Below are positions 37,576-47,312 of a DNA stretch of 64,000 bases, in pieces. A model generated the notes under the pieces. That model was not told the DNA's origin, searched no databases, and saw only the letters and a program-made list of their open reading frames with translations. This DNA is from Candidatus Kryptoniota bacterium (GTDB taxonomy: Bacteria > Bacteroidota > Ignavibacteria > Kryptoniales > JAKASW01). Made by a program: the position numbers and the translations under genes. Every line of letters begins with the position of its first letter. The stretch's first letter is position 1. The DNA lies in NCBI GenBank assembly GCA_046706745.1, contig JBJKPC010000076.1, positions 194,091 to 258,090 on the forward strand. Direction: 5' to 3'.

Positions 37576-39062
37576 AGAAAATCGCAGTTATCGGCGCGGG
37601 ACTCGCGGGACTTTCGGCGGCATCGCTGCTGGCGAAGAAAGGCTTCGACGTGACCGTGTTCGAGAAGAACGCAAATCCCGGCGGAAGAATGAACAGGCTG
37701 GTCACCCCCGGGGGATTCACTTTCGATACCGGCCCGACTCTCCTTTTGATGTTGAGCTCTCTGAGAAAGCTTTTCGGAAAACTCGACCGCAACATAGACG
37801 ACTACCTGGAGCTTAAACTCCTCCAACCGAGCTACCGTGCTTTCTACCCTGACGGTACGGAATTCGATTCGAGCACGAACATCGCCCTGATGACGAAAGA
37901 AATCAGGGATAAACTCGACGGCGAGGGCGAGATCGAAAGGTATCTGAGATTTTTCAGTTACCTCTCGAAGCTCTACAGACTGACAATACCAAACTTCGTC
38001 GACAGGAACTACAGGCGGCTGTCGGATTTCATTAATCCGAAATCGCTATACTACCTCGCTTCGCTGAAAATGCTCGGTTCCCTGTACGGCAAGGTCAGCA
38101 GCTTCTTCAAAGATGAGCGCCTGAGGATGCTGTTCAGTTTTCAAACGATGTACCTCGGCATTTCGCCTTTCGAGGCACCATCCGTGTACGGAGTCGTGAC
38201 GTACATGGAAAGCGGCGAAGGCGTCTACTTCCCAGTGGGCGGAATGTACAAGGTCGTGCAGAGTCTCGAGAAAGTGGGGGCGGAATACGGCGTGAAGTTC
38301 AGGTACAATTCGGAAGTAACAAAGATCGAGCGGGACGGGGCCCGCGCAACTTCGCTCGTTATCAATGGCTCGGAAAGAGAGACATTCGACAGCTATCTCG
38401 TCAATGCAGACCTCCCCTACGCATACGAGACGCTCCTGGGAGAAACGCCCCGGAAGAACGCTCTGCCGCAGAACGGTGCGTTGAAATCTTCGTCGTCCGC
38501 CTACTTGATGTACCTTGGCCTCGACAGGCAGTACAAACATCTCCCTCATCACAACGTGGTGTTCTCGGCGGATTACAAGCTGAACCTCGACGACATCTTC
38601 GAGAGACAGGTGCTCCCGGACGATCCGGCGTTCTACGTCTGCATACCCAACAGGACAGACGCATCGCTTGCTCCGGAGGGATGTGATTCCGTCTATGTTC
38701 TCGTGCCGGTTCCTCACCAGACAAGGAATGTAGACTGGCAAAAGGACGAGCCTGCGTTCAAGGAAAGGATCCTCAAGGGGATGTCGGACAGGCTCGGTAT
38801 GACTGACGTTCGTGAACATATTGTCTTTGAGAAAACCTTTACACCCGACGACTGGGCGAGTGAATATAATCTCTGGAAAGGATCGGCCTTCGGTCTCAGT
38901 CATTCTTTCTTTCAGTCCGCTTACTTCAGGCCACAGAACAAATCGAAAACGCTGGGCAACGTATACTTTGCGGGCGCAAGCACAATCCCGGGGAACGGAG
39001 TTCCAATGGTAATCATTTCCGGCTCGCTGGCGGCGGAGAGAATTGCGGAGGATGCGCTATGA
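37572..39062 (+). CDS. crtI: Phytoene desaturase
   Basis: [39 protein letters not shown]...GPT and C-terminal [16 protein letters not shown]. Confidence 0.9.
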   Translation: [496 protein letters not shown]

Positions 39063-40018
39063 ACTACACATCTCCGAATTCCGACAGACTCGCCCACCTG
39101 AGGCTGTCGCTGAAATGGTCGCGCGAGATGACGAGGGTATTCTCGAAGGGATTCTACCTCTCAACCTATCTCATGCCCGCCGGGTTGAGACGGGATGTTT
39201 TCGCACTTTACGGCTTCTGCCGGTACACAGACAATATCGGCGACTCGCCGAGGCAGCGCAGCATGGAAGAAATATTTCACGAGCTGAACCATTGGCGCGA
39301 CGAACTGCAGTCGGCATACAAGAGCGGCGAGTCGCAGAATCCGATAATGAACGCATTCGTCCATGTCGCGTTGGAGAAGAAAATCCCGATACATTTGCCG
39401 CTCGAACTTATCGACGGCGTTCAATCGGACATTCAAACAGACATCTACCCTGACTTCAATTCACTCAGGAAGTTCTGTTACCAGGTCGCCTCCGTTGTCG
39501 GCGTGATGATGACTTACGTTATAGGCTACAGAGACGAGGCGGCATTTCAGCATGCCGAAGCGCTCGGCATCGCCATGCAGCTGACGAACGTCCTGCGCGA
39601 CATAAACGAAGACTGGCAGCTCCATCAGAAAATCTTTCTGCCGGAAGATGACATGAAGCGATTTGAGGTCCGTCCCGACGATATCGCCGCCGGGAAGGTG
39701 ACTGACAGGTTTGTCAGTCTGATGAAGTTCGAAATTGAGCGCGCCCGCGGATATTATCAGGAGGCCAACGGAGGTATTTATTTACTCGCCAAAAAGGGGC
39801 GCCCGTCGATCAGGGCCGCCGCGGATATATACTCTTCCATTCTCACGGAAATCGAGCGGCGCCATTACGATGTCTTCAGCTCAAGGCCCGTAGTTACATT
39901 GCCAAGGAAGTTATCCATAATGTTGAAGAACAGATTCGTCATCGCCCTTTCACAGGAAAGAAAAGCGTACCGAGGCAAGGCTCAGCCCGAATCCACCGAC
40001 AAAATCGGCATCTACTAA
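39059..40018 (+). CDS. crtB: Phytoene synthase
   Basis: SKGFYLSTYLMP, ALYGFCRYTDNIGD and GIAMQLTNVLRDINEDW, the two Asp-rich squalene/phytoene synthase motifs. Confidence 0.9.
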   Translation: MNYTSPNSDRLAHLRLSLKWSREMTRVFSKGFYLSTYLMPAGLRRDVFALYGFCRYTDNIGDSPRQRSMEEIFHELNHWRDELQSAYKSGESQNPIMNAFVHVALEKKIPIHLPLELIDGVQSDIQTDIYPDFNSLRKFCYQVASVVGVMMTYVIGYRDEAAFQHAEALGIAMQLTNVLRDINEDWQLHQKIFLPEDDMKRFEVRPDDIAAGKVTDRFVSLMKFEIERARGYYQEANGGIYLLAKKGRPSIRAAADIYSSILTEIERRHYDVFSSRPVVTLPRKLSIMLKNRFVIALSQERKAYRGKAQPESTDKIGIY

Positions 40019-40032
40019 CGGAGGCATCGATC

Positions 40033-40491
40033 ATGACGTTAACCGATGTTCTAGTGAGACTTGCAATCGTCCTATTCTTCTTCGCGGTTATGGAGGTTGC
40101 TGCATGGGCAATGCATAAGCATGTGATGCACGGCTTCCTCTGGGTTCTACATAAAGATCACCATATGCCTGACCACAAGCGGCTGGAGAAGAACGACCTG
40201 TTTGCTCTCTTCTTTGCCCTGACGAGCATAATCCTTATAGCGATCGGTACCGCGGGAGGGTTCAATCTCCCGTTCTTTGCCGGGCTGGGGATCGCGCTTT
40301 ACGGCCTCGCATATTTCTGGTTTCACGACATGGTTGTCCACCAGCGGCTGAATATATTCAGTAGTTACAGGAATAGATACTTAAACTCGATAATTGCCGC
40401 ACACCTCGATCATCATCGAGGCAGGGGCAACTTCGGATTCTTGTTCCTGGTACCCACACGCTATTTTTCCAATCCCCCATCATCTAAATGA
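40033..40491 (+). CDS. crtZ: Beta-carotene hydroxylase
   Basis: Four histidine boxes in CrtZ spacing: HKHVMH, HKDHH, HDMVVH, HLDHH. 152-aa membrane protein. Confidence 0.8.
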   Translation: MTLTDVLVRLAIVLFFFAVMEVAAWAMHKHVMHGFLWVLHKDHHMPDHKRLEKNDLFALFFALTSIILIAIGTAGGFNLPFFAGLGIALYGLAYFWFHDMVVHQRLNIFSSYRNRYLNSIIAAHLDHHRGRGNFGFLFLVPTRYFSNPPSSK

Positions 40492-40526
40492 TTCATCTGC
40501 AATCTTGAGGAGGACAGGACAGAACT

Positions 40527-41987
40527 ATGGAGAGCAAGCGCCCCGTCGTCTGCTGGTTCAGGCGAGACCTGCGCGTCGAAGATAATCCCGCACTCTTCAA
40601 TGCTTCCGCCGGGGACCGCCCGGTAATACCACTCTTCGTCGTGGACGAGGATCTTGTAGCGCGAATACCGAGCGACGGTGCGGCATTCGACTTTCAGTCG
40701 GAATGCTTGCACGATTTATCAGACAATCTTGAGAAGCTGGGCACCGGCCTGGTGGTGAGAGGAGGAAAGCTCAAAACAGCCTTCGCACAGATAATCGAAG
40801 AAGCGAAGCCGGAAGCAGTCTATTTCAACCGCGATTACGACCCGGACGCACTCGACCGGGACAAGATGATCACCGATTTTCTCGAGTCGCAGAATGTCGG
40901 AGTCAAATCATTTGACGATGTGGTAATACATCCACCCGACGAAGTCACGAGTTCCCAGGGCGGACCATACACGGTCTTCACTCCTTATTCAGCAAAGTGG
41001 AAGAAGCTGCGCAAACCGGCACCGGTCGGGAAACCCAACCCGGTTTTACCGGCGCGGCTGCGGAGCGATCCAATCCCCGGCGCGAAAGACTTCGGACGAC
41101 AGACGACCATCTTCGACCGCAGCGTGCGCGGAGGAGAAACAGCGGCAAAGGAACAGTGGAGTTTGTTCCTAAGAGAAATCCTGCCGGGCTACGCAGATTC
41201 GCGCGATTATCCTGCCCGCAAGGGTACGAGCATGATGTCGGCCTATCTCCGCTTCGGATGCATTTCTCCCGTCAGGATGTATTCGGATCTCCGCGCACTG
41301 GAGTTTGAAGCGAGTTCACAGGAGAGAAATTCGGTGGAAAAATATGTCGGTGAGCTTGTCTGGAGAGAGTTTTACATCTCTGCTCTCTACTATTTCCCTT
41401 TTACAGCCTTGAGAAATTACCGACGGATGTTCGACGGAGTGAAGTGGCCGCTCAACGAGAGACTCTTCGCCGCATGGAAAGAGGGACGCACTGGATTCCC
41501 GCTCGTCGATGCCGCGATGCGCCAGCTCAACGCAACAGGATGGATGCATAATCGCGTCAGAATGGTCGTCGCATCATTCCTTACAAAGGATCTTCACATC
41601 GACTGGCGGTGGGGCGAGGAATATTTTGCGAGAAAACTCATCGACATCGAAAAAGCTTCAAACGTCGGGGGATGGCAGTGGTCTGCGTCGACTGGCGTAG
41701 ATCCTGCTCCCCTCAGGATATTCAACCCGGTTCTACAGTCCCGACGATTCGACGAAGACGGGCAATACATCAAAACATGGTTACCTGAGCTTGGAGCAGT
41801 TCCAGCCAGATACATTCATCAACCGGACAAGATGAACCCGGCCTTCCAGAAGGAGATCGGTGTCGTCATCGGGAAGAACTATCCCGCGCCGGTGGCCGAC
41901 CACCGTGAAGCGGCGGCCGTCTTCAAGCTGGCATACATTGCCGCAAAAGAGGATGAACGCAGGTCAAAATTTACTTCGCGGATATGA
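40527..41987 (+). CDS. phr: Deoxyribodipyrimidine photolyase / cryptochrome family protein
   Basis: VVCWFRRDLRVEDNPAL N-terminus and the FAD domain GWMHNRVRMVVASFLTKDL...DIEKASNVGGWQW. Confidence 0.9.
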   Translation: MESKRPVVCWFRRDLRVEDNPALFNASAGDRPVIPLFVVDEDLVARIPSDGAAFDFQSECLHDLSDNLEKLGTGLVVRGGKLKTAFAQIIEEAKPEAVYFNRDYDPDALDRDKMITDFLESQNVGVKSFDDVVIHPPDEVTSSQGGPYTVFTPYSAKWKKLRKPAPVGKPNPVLPARLRSDPIPGAKDFGRQTTIFDRSVRGGETAAKEQWSLFLREILPGYADSRDYPARKGTSMMSAYLRFGCISPVRMYSDLRALEFEASSQERNSVEKYVGELVWREFYISALYYFPFTALRNYRRMFDGVKWPLNERLFAAWKEGRTGFPLVDAAMRQLNATGWMHNRVRMVVASFLTKDLHIDWRWGEEYFARKLIDIEKASNVGGWQWSASTGVDPAPLRIFNPVLQSRRFDEDGQYIKTWLPELGAVPARYIHQPDKMNPAFQKEIGVVIGKNYPAPVADHREAAAVFKLAYIAAKEDERRSKFTSRI

Positions 41988-42179
41988 GGATCGGTAGTGG
42001 CGTTCGAAAAGACCATTTATCCAACTCCATCTCATTTGTTACCAGACATGGATTTGGTGCCGGTAGCGGTTGCAAATAGCTGACAGCCCGCATAAATTGC
42101 GTTGTCGATTCCTATCCATAATTGAGCAGCACCCTCCGTTTCATTCATTCAATCAGCATCAATTAAGGGAGCAGCAATC

Positions 42180-42941
42180 ATGAAGCAGTGGTATGAACTA
42201 CTATTCGAAAATTACGGCGAGAAATACGACAGCGAGCCGTTCACAGCGGGAACGACCGGCGAATGCAATTTCATTGAAGAGGAGATCGGTCATAAAAAGT
42301 CGCTGAAGATACTGGATATCGGATGTGGCACAGGACGCCACGCCATTGAACTTGCAAAACGCGGATACAAAGTAACGGGGGTAGACCTGTCCGAATCCAT
42401 GTTGAAAAGGGCGGAAGCGAAATCTATTGCCGCCGGAGTGCAAGTCAGTTTTTGCAGAGGAGATGCGAGGGCGCTTCCTTTTTCTGATGAGTTCGACTTT
42501 GCTATCATGCTCTGCGAAGGAGCGTTCTCTTTGATGGAGACCGATGAGATGAATTTCCAGATACTTGGGAATGCGGCAAAAGCGCTGAAGAAAGAGGGAA
42601 AGCTTATCTTCACGACGCTGAACGGCCTCTACCCGCTTTTTCATTCGGTCAAAGATTTCGTCGATTCCTCTTCGAAGGAGGGCTCGTCCCAGTGCGATAG
42701 GATGACCTTCGATGTGATGACCCTGCGGGACCGCAGCGTTGTGACGTTCGAAAACGATTCCGGAGAATCCAAGGAAATAGAATGTAACGAGCGATTCTAC
42801 CTTCCTTCGGAGATAACGTGGATGCTCAAATCACTCGGATTCTCAAAGGTGGAGATTTTCGGTGCGAAGCTCGGGAATTTCAGCAGGAACGACACGCTAA
42901 CTACGGAAGATTTCGAGATGCTGGTCATCGCGTGCAAATAG
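42180..42941 (+). CDS. Class I SAM-dependent methyltransferase
   Basis: Motif I ILDIGCGTGRHAIELAKRGYKVTGVDLSESML. Confidence 0.8.
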   Translation: MKQWYELLFENYGEKYDSEPFTAGTTGECNFIEEEIGHKKSLKILDIGCGTGRHAIELAKRGYKVTGVDLSESMLKRAEAKSIAAGVQVSFCRGDARALPFSDEFDFAIMLCEGAFSLMETDEMNFQILGNAAKALKKEGKLIFTTLNGLYPLFHSVKDFVDSSSKEGSSQCDRMTFDVMTLRDRSVVTFENDSGESKEIECNERFYLPSEITWMLKSLGFSKVEIFGAKLGNFSRNDTLTTEDFEMLVIACK

Positions 42942-43144
42942 GATGAGCGCAACGCCATCCGCAATTTCTTCGGTTTGAGGGCCGGATCTTGACCTGAAGT
43001 TTGGCAGCGGCTCACCTTCGTCCCTACGTTTGAAAATCATACCGTGAACGGAACACCTCACACTCAAGCTAATACAATTCCTCAAGATTTGTTTCGAAGT
43101 GCCGGGGCTTGTAAAATAGGAAAGAGGACGGAGCAGAAAATTCG

Positions 43145-43744
43145 ATGCTGACTATTACCACGATACTTTTTGAGAATTTCGAGACGCTGGACGTATTCGG
43201 GCCGATCGAAGTGTTCGGAAGATTCACGGATCACTTCACTCCTGAATTCTACTCGGTCACCGGCGGCGTCGTTATGAGTGCGCAGCGAGTTCCGGTCGTC
43301 ACCAAACTGCTTGAAGATGTGCCACGCAAGGATTACATCCTCTTCATACCGGGCGGAACCGGTACGAGAAACCTCATAAGAGATATCGGGTTCGTGGGCA
43401 AGCTGGCAGATCTGTCGGACAATGCCAGCTATGTAGTCACCGTCTGTACCGGCTCGGTGCTATTTTCCAAGACAGGACGGCTGGACGGAAAGCGAGCCAC
43501 ATCGAACAAAAGGGTCTTTACCTGGGCGTCCAAGGAGTCGCCGGACGTCAACTGGGTAAAGAAGAGCAGATGGGTTCGGGACGGCAACATTTACACCAGT
43601 TCAGGCGTGAGTGCCGGTATCGATATGGCATTCGGCTTCATCTCGGATTTTCTCGGACATGACATCGCGACGAAAGAAAGCATCGTGATCGAATATGATT
43701 GGAAAGACGATCCGGGGTGGGATCCGTTCGCAGATTTGTACTGA
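43145..43744 (+). CDS. DJ-1/PfpI family protein
   Basis: ILFIPGG...VVTVCTGSVLF (nucleophile-elbow Cys)...SSGVSAGIDMA. Confidence 0.8.
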   Translation: MLTITTILFENFETLDVFGPIEVFGRFTDHFTPEFYSVTGGVVMSAQRVPVVTKLLEDVPRKDYILFIPGGTGTRNLIRDIGFVGKLADLSDNASYVVTVCTGSVLFSKTGRLDGKRATSNKRVFTWASKESPDVNWVKKSRWVRDGNIYTSSGVSAGIDMAFGFISDFLGHDIATKESIVIEYDWKDDPGWDPFADLY

Positions 43745-43829
43745 GCAAGGCACCTTAGCGTCAGGTTCAAATCCGGATCGGATTACATTACACAATCCCA
43801 ACACAATACACGTGAACCGAGGAGCACAT

Positions 43830-44873
43830 ATGTTAGCGACAAAAGGATACGCTGCACATAAATCAACTTCAAAGCTGGTACCGTTCGAATTTCAAAGACG
43901 CGACGTGGGACCAGACGATGTCCTCGTTGAAATCATGTATTGCGGAGTATGCCATTCCGATATTCACCAGGTCAGGAACGAATGGAACAACGCCATGTAT
44001 CCTGTAATACCCGGGCATGAAATAGTCGGTTGCGTCAAACAAACCGGCAGGGACGCGGCCAGATTTAAAACTGATGACATCGTCGGGGTCGGAGTGATGG
44101 TCGACTCGTGCGGCAAATGTGAAAACTGCAAAAGAGGGCTGGAGCTATGCTGCTCGGAGCGGACGGTTCTTACATACAATTCCCTCGAGATGGATGGAAA
44201 GACGGTGACCTACGGCGGGTATTCCAATCAGATAGTGGTAAAAGAGCGATTTGTATACCGGGTATCCGAAGAACTGCCGTTGCACGGCGTAGCCCCACTC
44301 CTGTGTGCAGGTATTACAACTTACTCTCCCCTTCGTCGGTGGAAGGTCGGCAAAGGACACAAAGTCGGTGTGCTGGGGCTTGGCGGACTGGGTCACATGG
44401 CAGTCAAATTCGCCGCTTCTTTCGGCGCTGAAGTCACGATGCTCAGCCGTTCGTCATCCAAGGAAGCGGACGCAAAGAAGCTGGGTGCCCACAATTTTGT
44501 TCTCACCACCGATTCAAAACAGGTATCAAAATTGAAGAATCATTTCGATTTCATCGTGGATACGGTCTCTGCAACACACGACTATGGCTCGACGCTCGCT
44601 ATGTTGAACGTTTACGGAGTGCTTATAAACGTCGGATTGCCGCCTGCCGGCATCCATATTGACGGACATAGCCTCATCACCGGAGACCGGTCTGTCACCG
44701 GCTCCGCGATAGGCGGAGTCCCAGAGACTCAGGAAATGCTGGAGTACTGTGCCGAAAAAGGGATTGTGTCTGAGGTCGAAGTCATTCGCATGGACGAGGT
44801 AAACGAGGCATACGAGCGGGCATTGAAAGGCGATGTGCGGTACAGGTTTGTAATTGACATGAAGACTCTATAA
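43830..44873 (+). CDS. Zn-dependent NAD(P) alcohol dehydrogenase (cinnamyl-ADH/YahK-like)
   Basis: CGVCHSDIH, structural Zn loop CGKCENCKRGLELCC, GVLGLGGLGHMAVKFA. The start was set at MLATKGY (ATG 43830), preceded by GGAG. Confidence 0.85.
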   Translation: MLATKGYAAHKSTSKLVPFEFQRRDVGPDDVLVEIMYCGVCHSDIHQVRNEWNNAMYPVIPGHEIVGCVKQTGRDAARFKTDDIVGVGVMVDSCGKCENCKRGLELCCSERTVLTYNSLEMDGKTVTYGGYSNQIVVKERFVYRVSEELPLHGVAPLLCAGITTYSPLRRWKVGKGHKVGVLGLGGLGHMAVKFAASFGAEVTMLSRSSSKEADAKKLGAHNFVLTTDSKQVSKLKNHFDFIVDTVSATHDYGSTLAMLNVYGVLINVGLPPAGIHIDGHSLITGDRSVTGSAIGGVPETQEMLEYCAEKGIVSEVEVIRMDEVNEAYERALKGDVRYRFVIDMKTL

Positions 44874-45036
44874 TCATCCGGAATCCGCTGTTGCCTATCC
44901 AGGCGCGTGAATACTTCGTTGCCGGAGCATCCTCGGAGCTGCTCGACGGTGCTATCGGGTTATCGGTTGAAAACGAAATCGCTAAAGACAGTATAAATCT
45001 TTGGCGATTTCTTCAGGAGTTAGTCAAATACTCGAG

Positions 45037-45609
45037 CTATCTCTGTCGTGGCCTCGGTTCAGTCCGAGGGGTCTGCTCAGTTGTCCGCTCGCGAGTCGAA
45101 GTGTTGGCCGACTGCGTCTCCTGGCGGACGGGTGCGGCAGACTGAGCGGGGGCTGCAGGCGAGGGTGAAGATGTCCGCACCCTAACGGGATTTTCAGCCG
45201 CGGCCGGGTTGTCCGCACGAGTATCGCGTGACGATCCCTGGACGCGCGGCCTTGACTCGCTTGCATCAGCCGGCTGAGGCTTGTACGCCGGTGCAGGGGC
45301 GTTGGTCCTTAACCTCTCAGGACTCGCGTTCAAGGGCCGGACATCGACCGCGCCGCGCGTATCGCCGTCGGTACGCGGTCTGGCAGGTGCCTCCTCGACG
45401 AGCCCCGATGCCGGAGCGTAACTCTCAGGAGGAGGAGCCGGGATGTACGGACTGTGCGGCCGGTCGCGTATCGGCAATGAATTTGAAACCGGTGGGGAAT
45501 ACGTTTCATCGCCTGATTCCCAGTACTCGTCTGTTCTGTAGATTATCGTATAGCATGACTGCAGGAAAAAGGCTGTCAGAATCAGCAGAAGAGCTCTCAT
45601 GGCTGTCAC
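45037..45609 (-). CDS. Pro/Ala/Arg-rich low-complexity lipoprotein, function unknown
   Basis: Signal plus lipobox MTAMRALLLILTAFFLQSC. The rest is compositionally biased (P, A, R, S, T) with locally elevated GC. Confidence 0.5.
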   Translation of the reverse strand: MTAMRALLLILTAFFLQSCYTIIYRTDEYWESGDETYSPPVSNSLPIRDRPHSPYIPAPPPESYAPASGLVEEAPARPRTDGDTRGAVDVRPLNASPERLRTNAPAPAYKPQPADASESRPRVQGSSRDTRADNPAAAENPVRVRTSSPSPAAPAQSAAPVRQETQSANTSTRERTTEQTPRTEPRPRQR

Positions 45610-45776
45610 TCCTTTCTTCTCCGAGTCGTCGTTTGCTATCTAACATCTTTGACGGTTGAGACCATAAAGGGTTGCATCGATATGTCTCAATGGATTCATG
45701 CCATCAAATCCAAACCTTACAAAACAAGTTTGGGACAGTTACGGCCGGAAGGTAAATTGTCCAAAGATTATTTTCC

Positions 45777-46505
45777 GTGAAGAGACTTCACTACATTCAG
45801 CACGTCCCTTTCGAGACCCCGGGCAGCATTCTCGACTGGGCAACAACCGCAGGGGTTACACTCACCTCAACGCGAATGTTTAAGGACGAACCCCTTCCCC
45901 GTCTTGAATCCTTAGACTGCATTGTAGTTATGGGCGGGCCGATGGGCGTGAACGACATAACAAGATTCAAATGGTTGAAGGCGGAGAAAAATTTCATCGA
46001 AACTGCGGTAAAAATCGGGAAACCGGTTCTCGGTATTTGCCTTGGAGCTCAGCTGCTGGCAGATGTTCTTGGAGCCGGCGTCCGAAAGAACAGGTACAAG
46101 GAAATCGGCTGGTTTCCCCTGACTACCACCAAAGAGAACGAATCGATTGCTGCGACACAATTCCTGCCGAAACGTTTCACCGCATTTCACTGGCATGGCG
46201 ATACTTTCGACATTCCTGAGGGAGCGAGAAGGATAGCGATTTCAGAGGCGTGCGAGAATCAGGGCTTTGTCTACCACGATCGAGTGATTGCACTTCAGTT
46301 TCACCTCGAGGTCACAGAGCCTTCGCTCATTGAAATGGTGAATAACGGACGTAATGAACTCATTACGGATAGATATGTCCAGGGTCAGTTAGCGATCCTG
46401 GAAAACCGAGAGCACATAAGAACCAACAACGAGTTCATGTCGCGAATTATGACAAACTTGACGAGGAACTTATGCGGCGACCCATCATCTTCACAGCAGC
46501 CCTGA
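45777..46505 (+). CDS. Class I glutamine amidotransferase-like protein
   Basis: VLGICLGAQLLA (nucleophile Cys), HWHGD, QFHLE (His-Glu). Confidence 0.8.
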   Translation: MKRLHYIQHVPFETPGSILDWATTAGVTLTSTRMFKDEPLPRLESLDCIVVMGGPMGVNDITRFKWLKAEKNFIETAVKIGKPVLGICLGAQLLADVLGAGVRKNRYKEIGWFPLTTTKENESIAATQFLPKRFTAFHWHGDTFDIPEGARRIAISEACENQGFVYHDRVIALQFHLEVTEPSLIEMVNNGRNELITDRYVQGQLAILENREHIRTNNEFMSRIMTNLTRNLCGDPSSSQQP

Positions 46506-47221
46506 TATTACTATCTTCCGCAGCTTTGTCTGCACAGCAAGATCCAAAACGTGTATCAAAAGATATCGAGCTAGTCAAACTCTCCGACCATGCGTATGTC
46601 TACGTCTCGTATTCTGAGATTCCTCCATTCGGCAGAGTCGGATCAAACGGGTTGCTCCTGGTAGACGAACGGAAGGCTTTCCTCTTCGATACACCGGCAA
46701 CTGATACGCTGACGAAGATCCTCGTCACTTGGATCCAGGACACCATGGGTTTGAAGATAGCGGGCTTCGTTCCGAACCACTGGCACAACGACTGCATGGG
46801 AGGACTGGGGTACCTGAAGAGTGTCGGCATCCTATGTTATGCGAATGCGATGACGATCAAGATTGCGAAATCAAAACATCTCCCCGTACCCGATAGCGGT
46901 TTCAGTGATTCTCTTCTTCTGAAGCTGGGAGGCAAAGAGATTGTTTGCTGCTACCCCGGGCCGGCCCACACCGTCGACAATATTGTAGTATGGTTCCCTT
47001 CGGAGCGGATTTTGTTCGCCGGATGCATGGTGAAATCGATGGAATCCACAAACCTCGGCAATACAGCAGACGGAGACGAGATTGGATACTTTACGACGGT
47101 CAAACATGTTCTGGAAAAATACCGCGATGCCAGGTTAGTAATACCCGGGCACGGTGATTTCGGCGGTATCGAGCTATTGAAGCACACTCTCCGCCTTGCA
47201 GGCGGAGCTGAAGAGGACTGA
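46472..47221 (+). CDS. Subclass B1 metallo-beta-lactamase family protein
   Basis: Signal peptide. NHWHNDCMGG (HxHxD), GPAHTVDNIVVW (His196 context), FAGCMVKS (Cys221), IPGHGD (His263). Confidence 0.75.
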   Translation: MRRPIIFTAALILLSSAALSAQQDPKRVSKDIELVKLSDHAYVYVSYSEIPPFGRVGSNGLLLVDERKAFLFDTPATDTLTKILVTWIQDTMGLKIAGFVPNHWHNDCMGGLGYLKSVGILCYANAMTIKIAKSKHLPVPDSGFSDSLLLKLGGKEIVCCYPGPAHTVDNIVVWFPSERILFAGCMVKSMESTNLGNTADGDEIGYFTTVKHVLEKYRDARLVIPGHGDFGGIELLKHTLRLAGGAEED

Positions 47222-47312
47222 CCTTTGCCGCTTCGGAAGGGGCTCAATCCTCCTCAGCTATAGGAGTCGTGACTGCGATGAATCATAGCAGCAATCGGTC
47301 GCCGGATTCCAC

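Noticed and set aside
46781-46796. Sigma-54-like promoter TGGCAC-N5-CTGCA with correct GG/GC spacing
   Set aside because: It lies inside the metallo-beta-lactamase CDS, where it encodes the conserved HWHNDCM zinc motif. No gene start lies downstream, so the match is coincidental.
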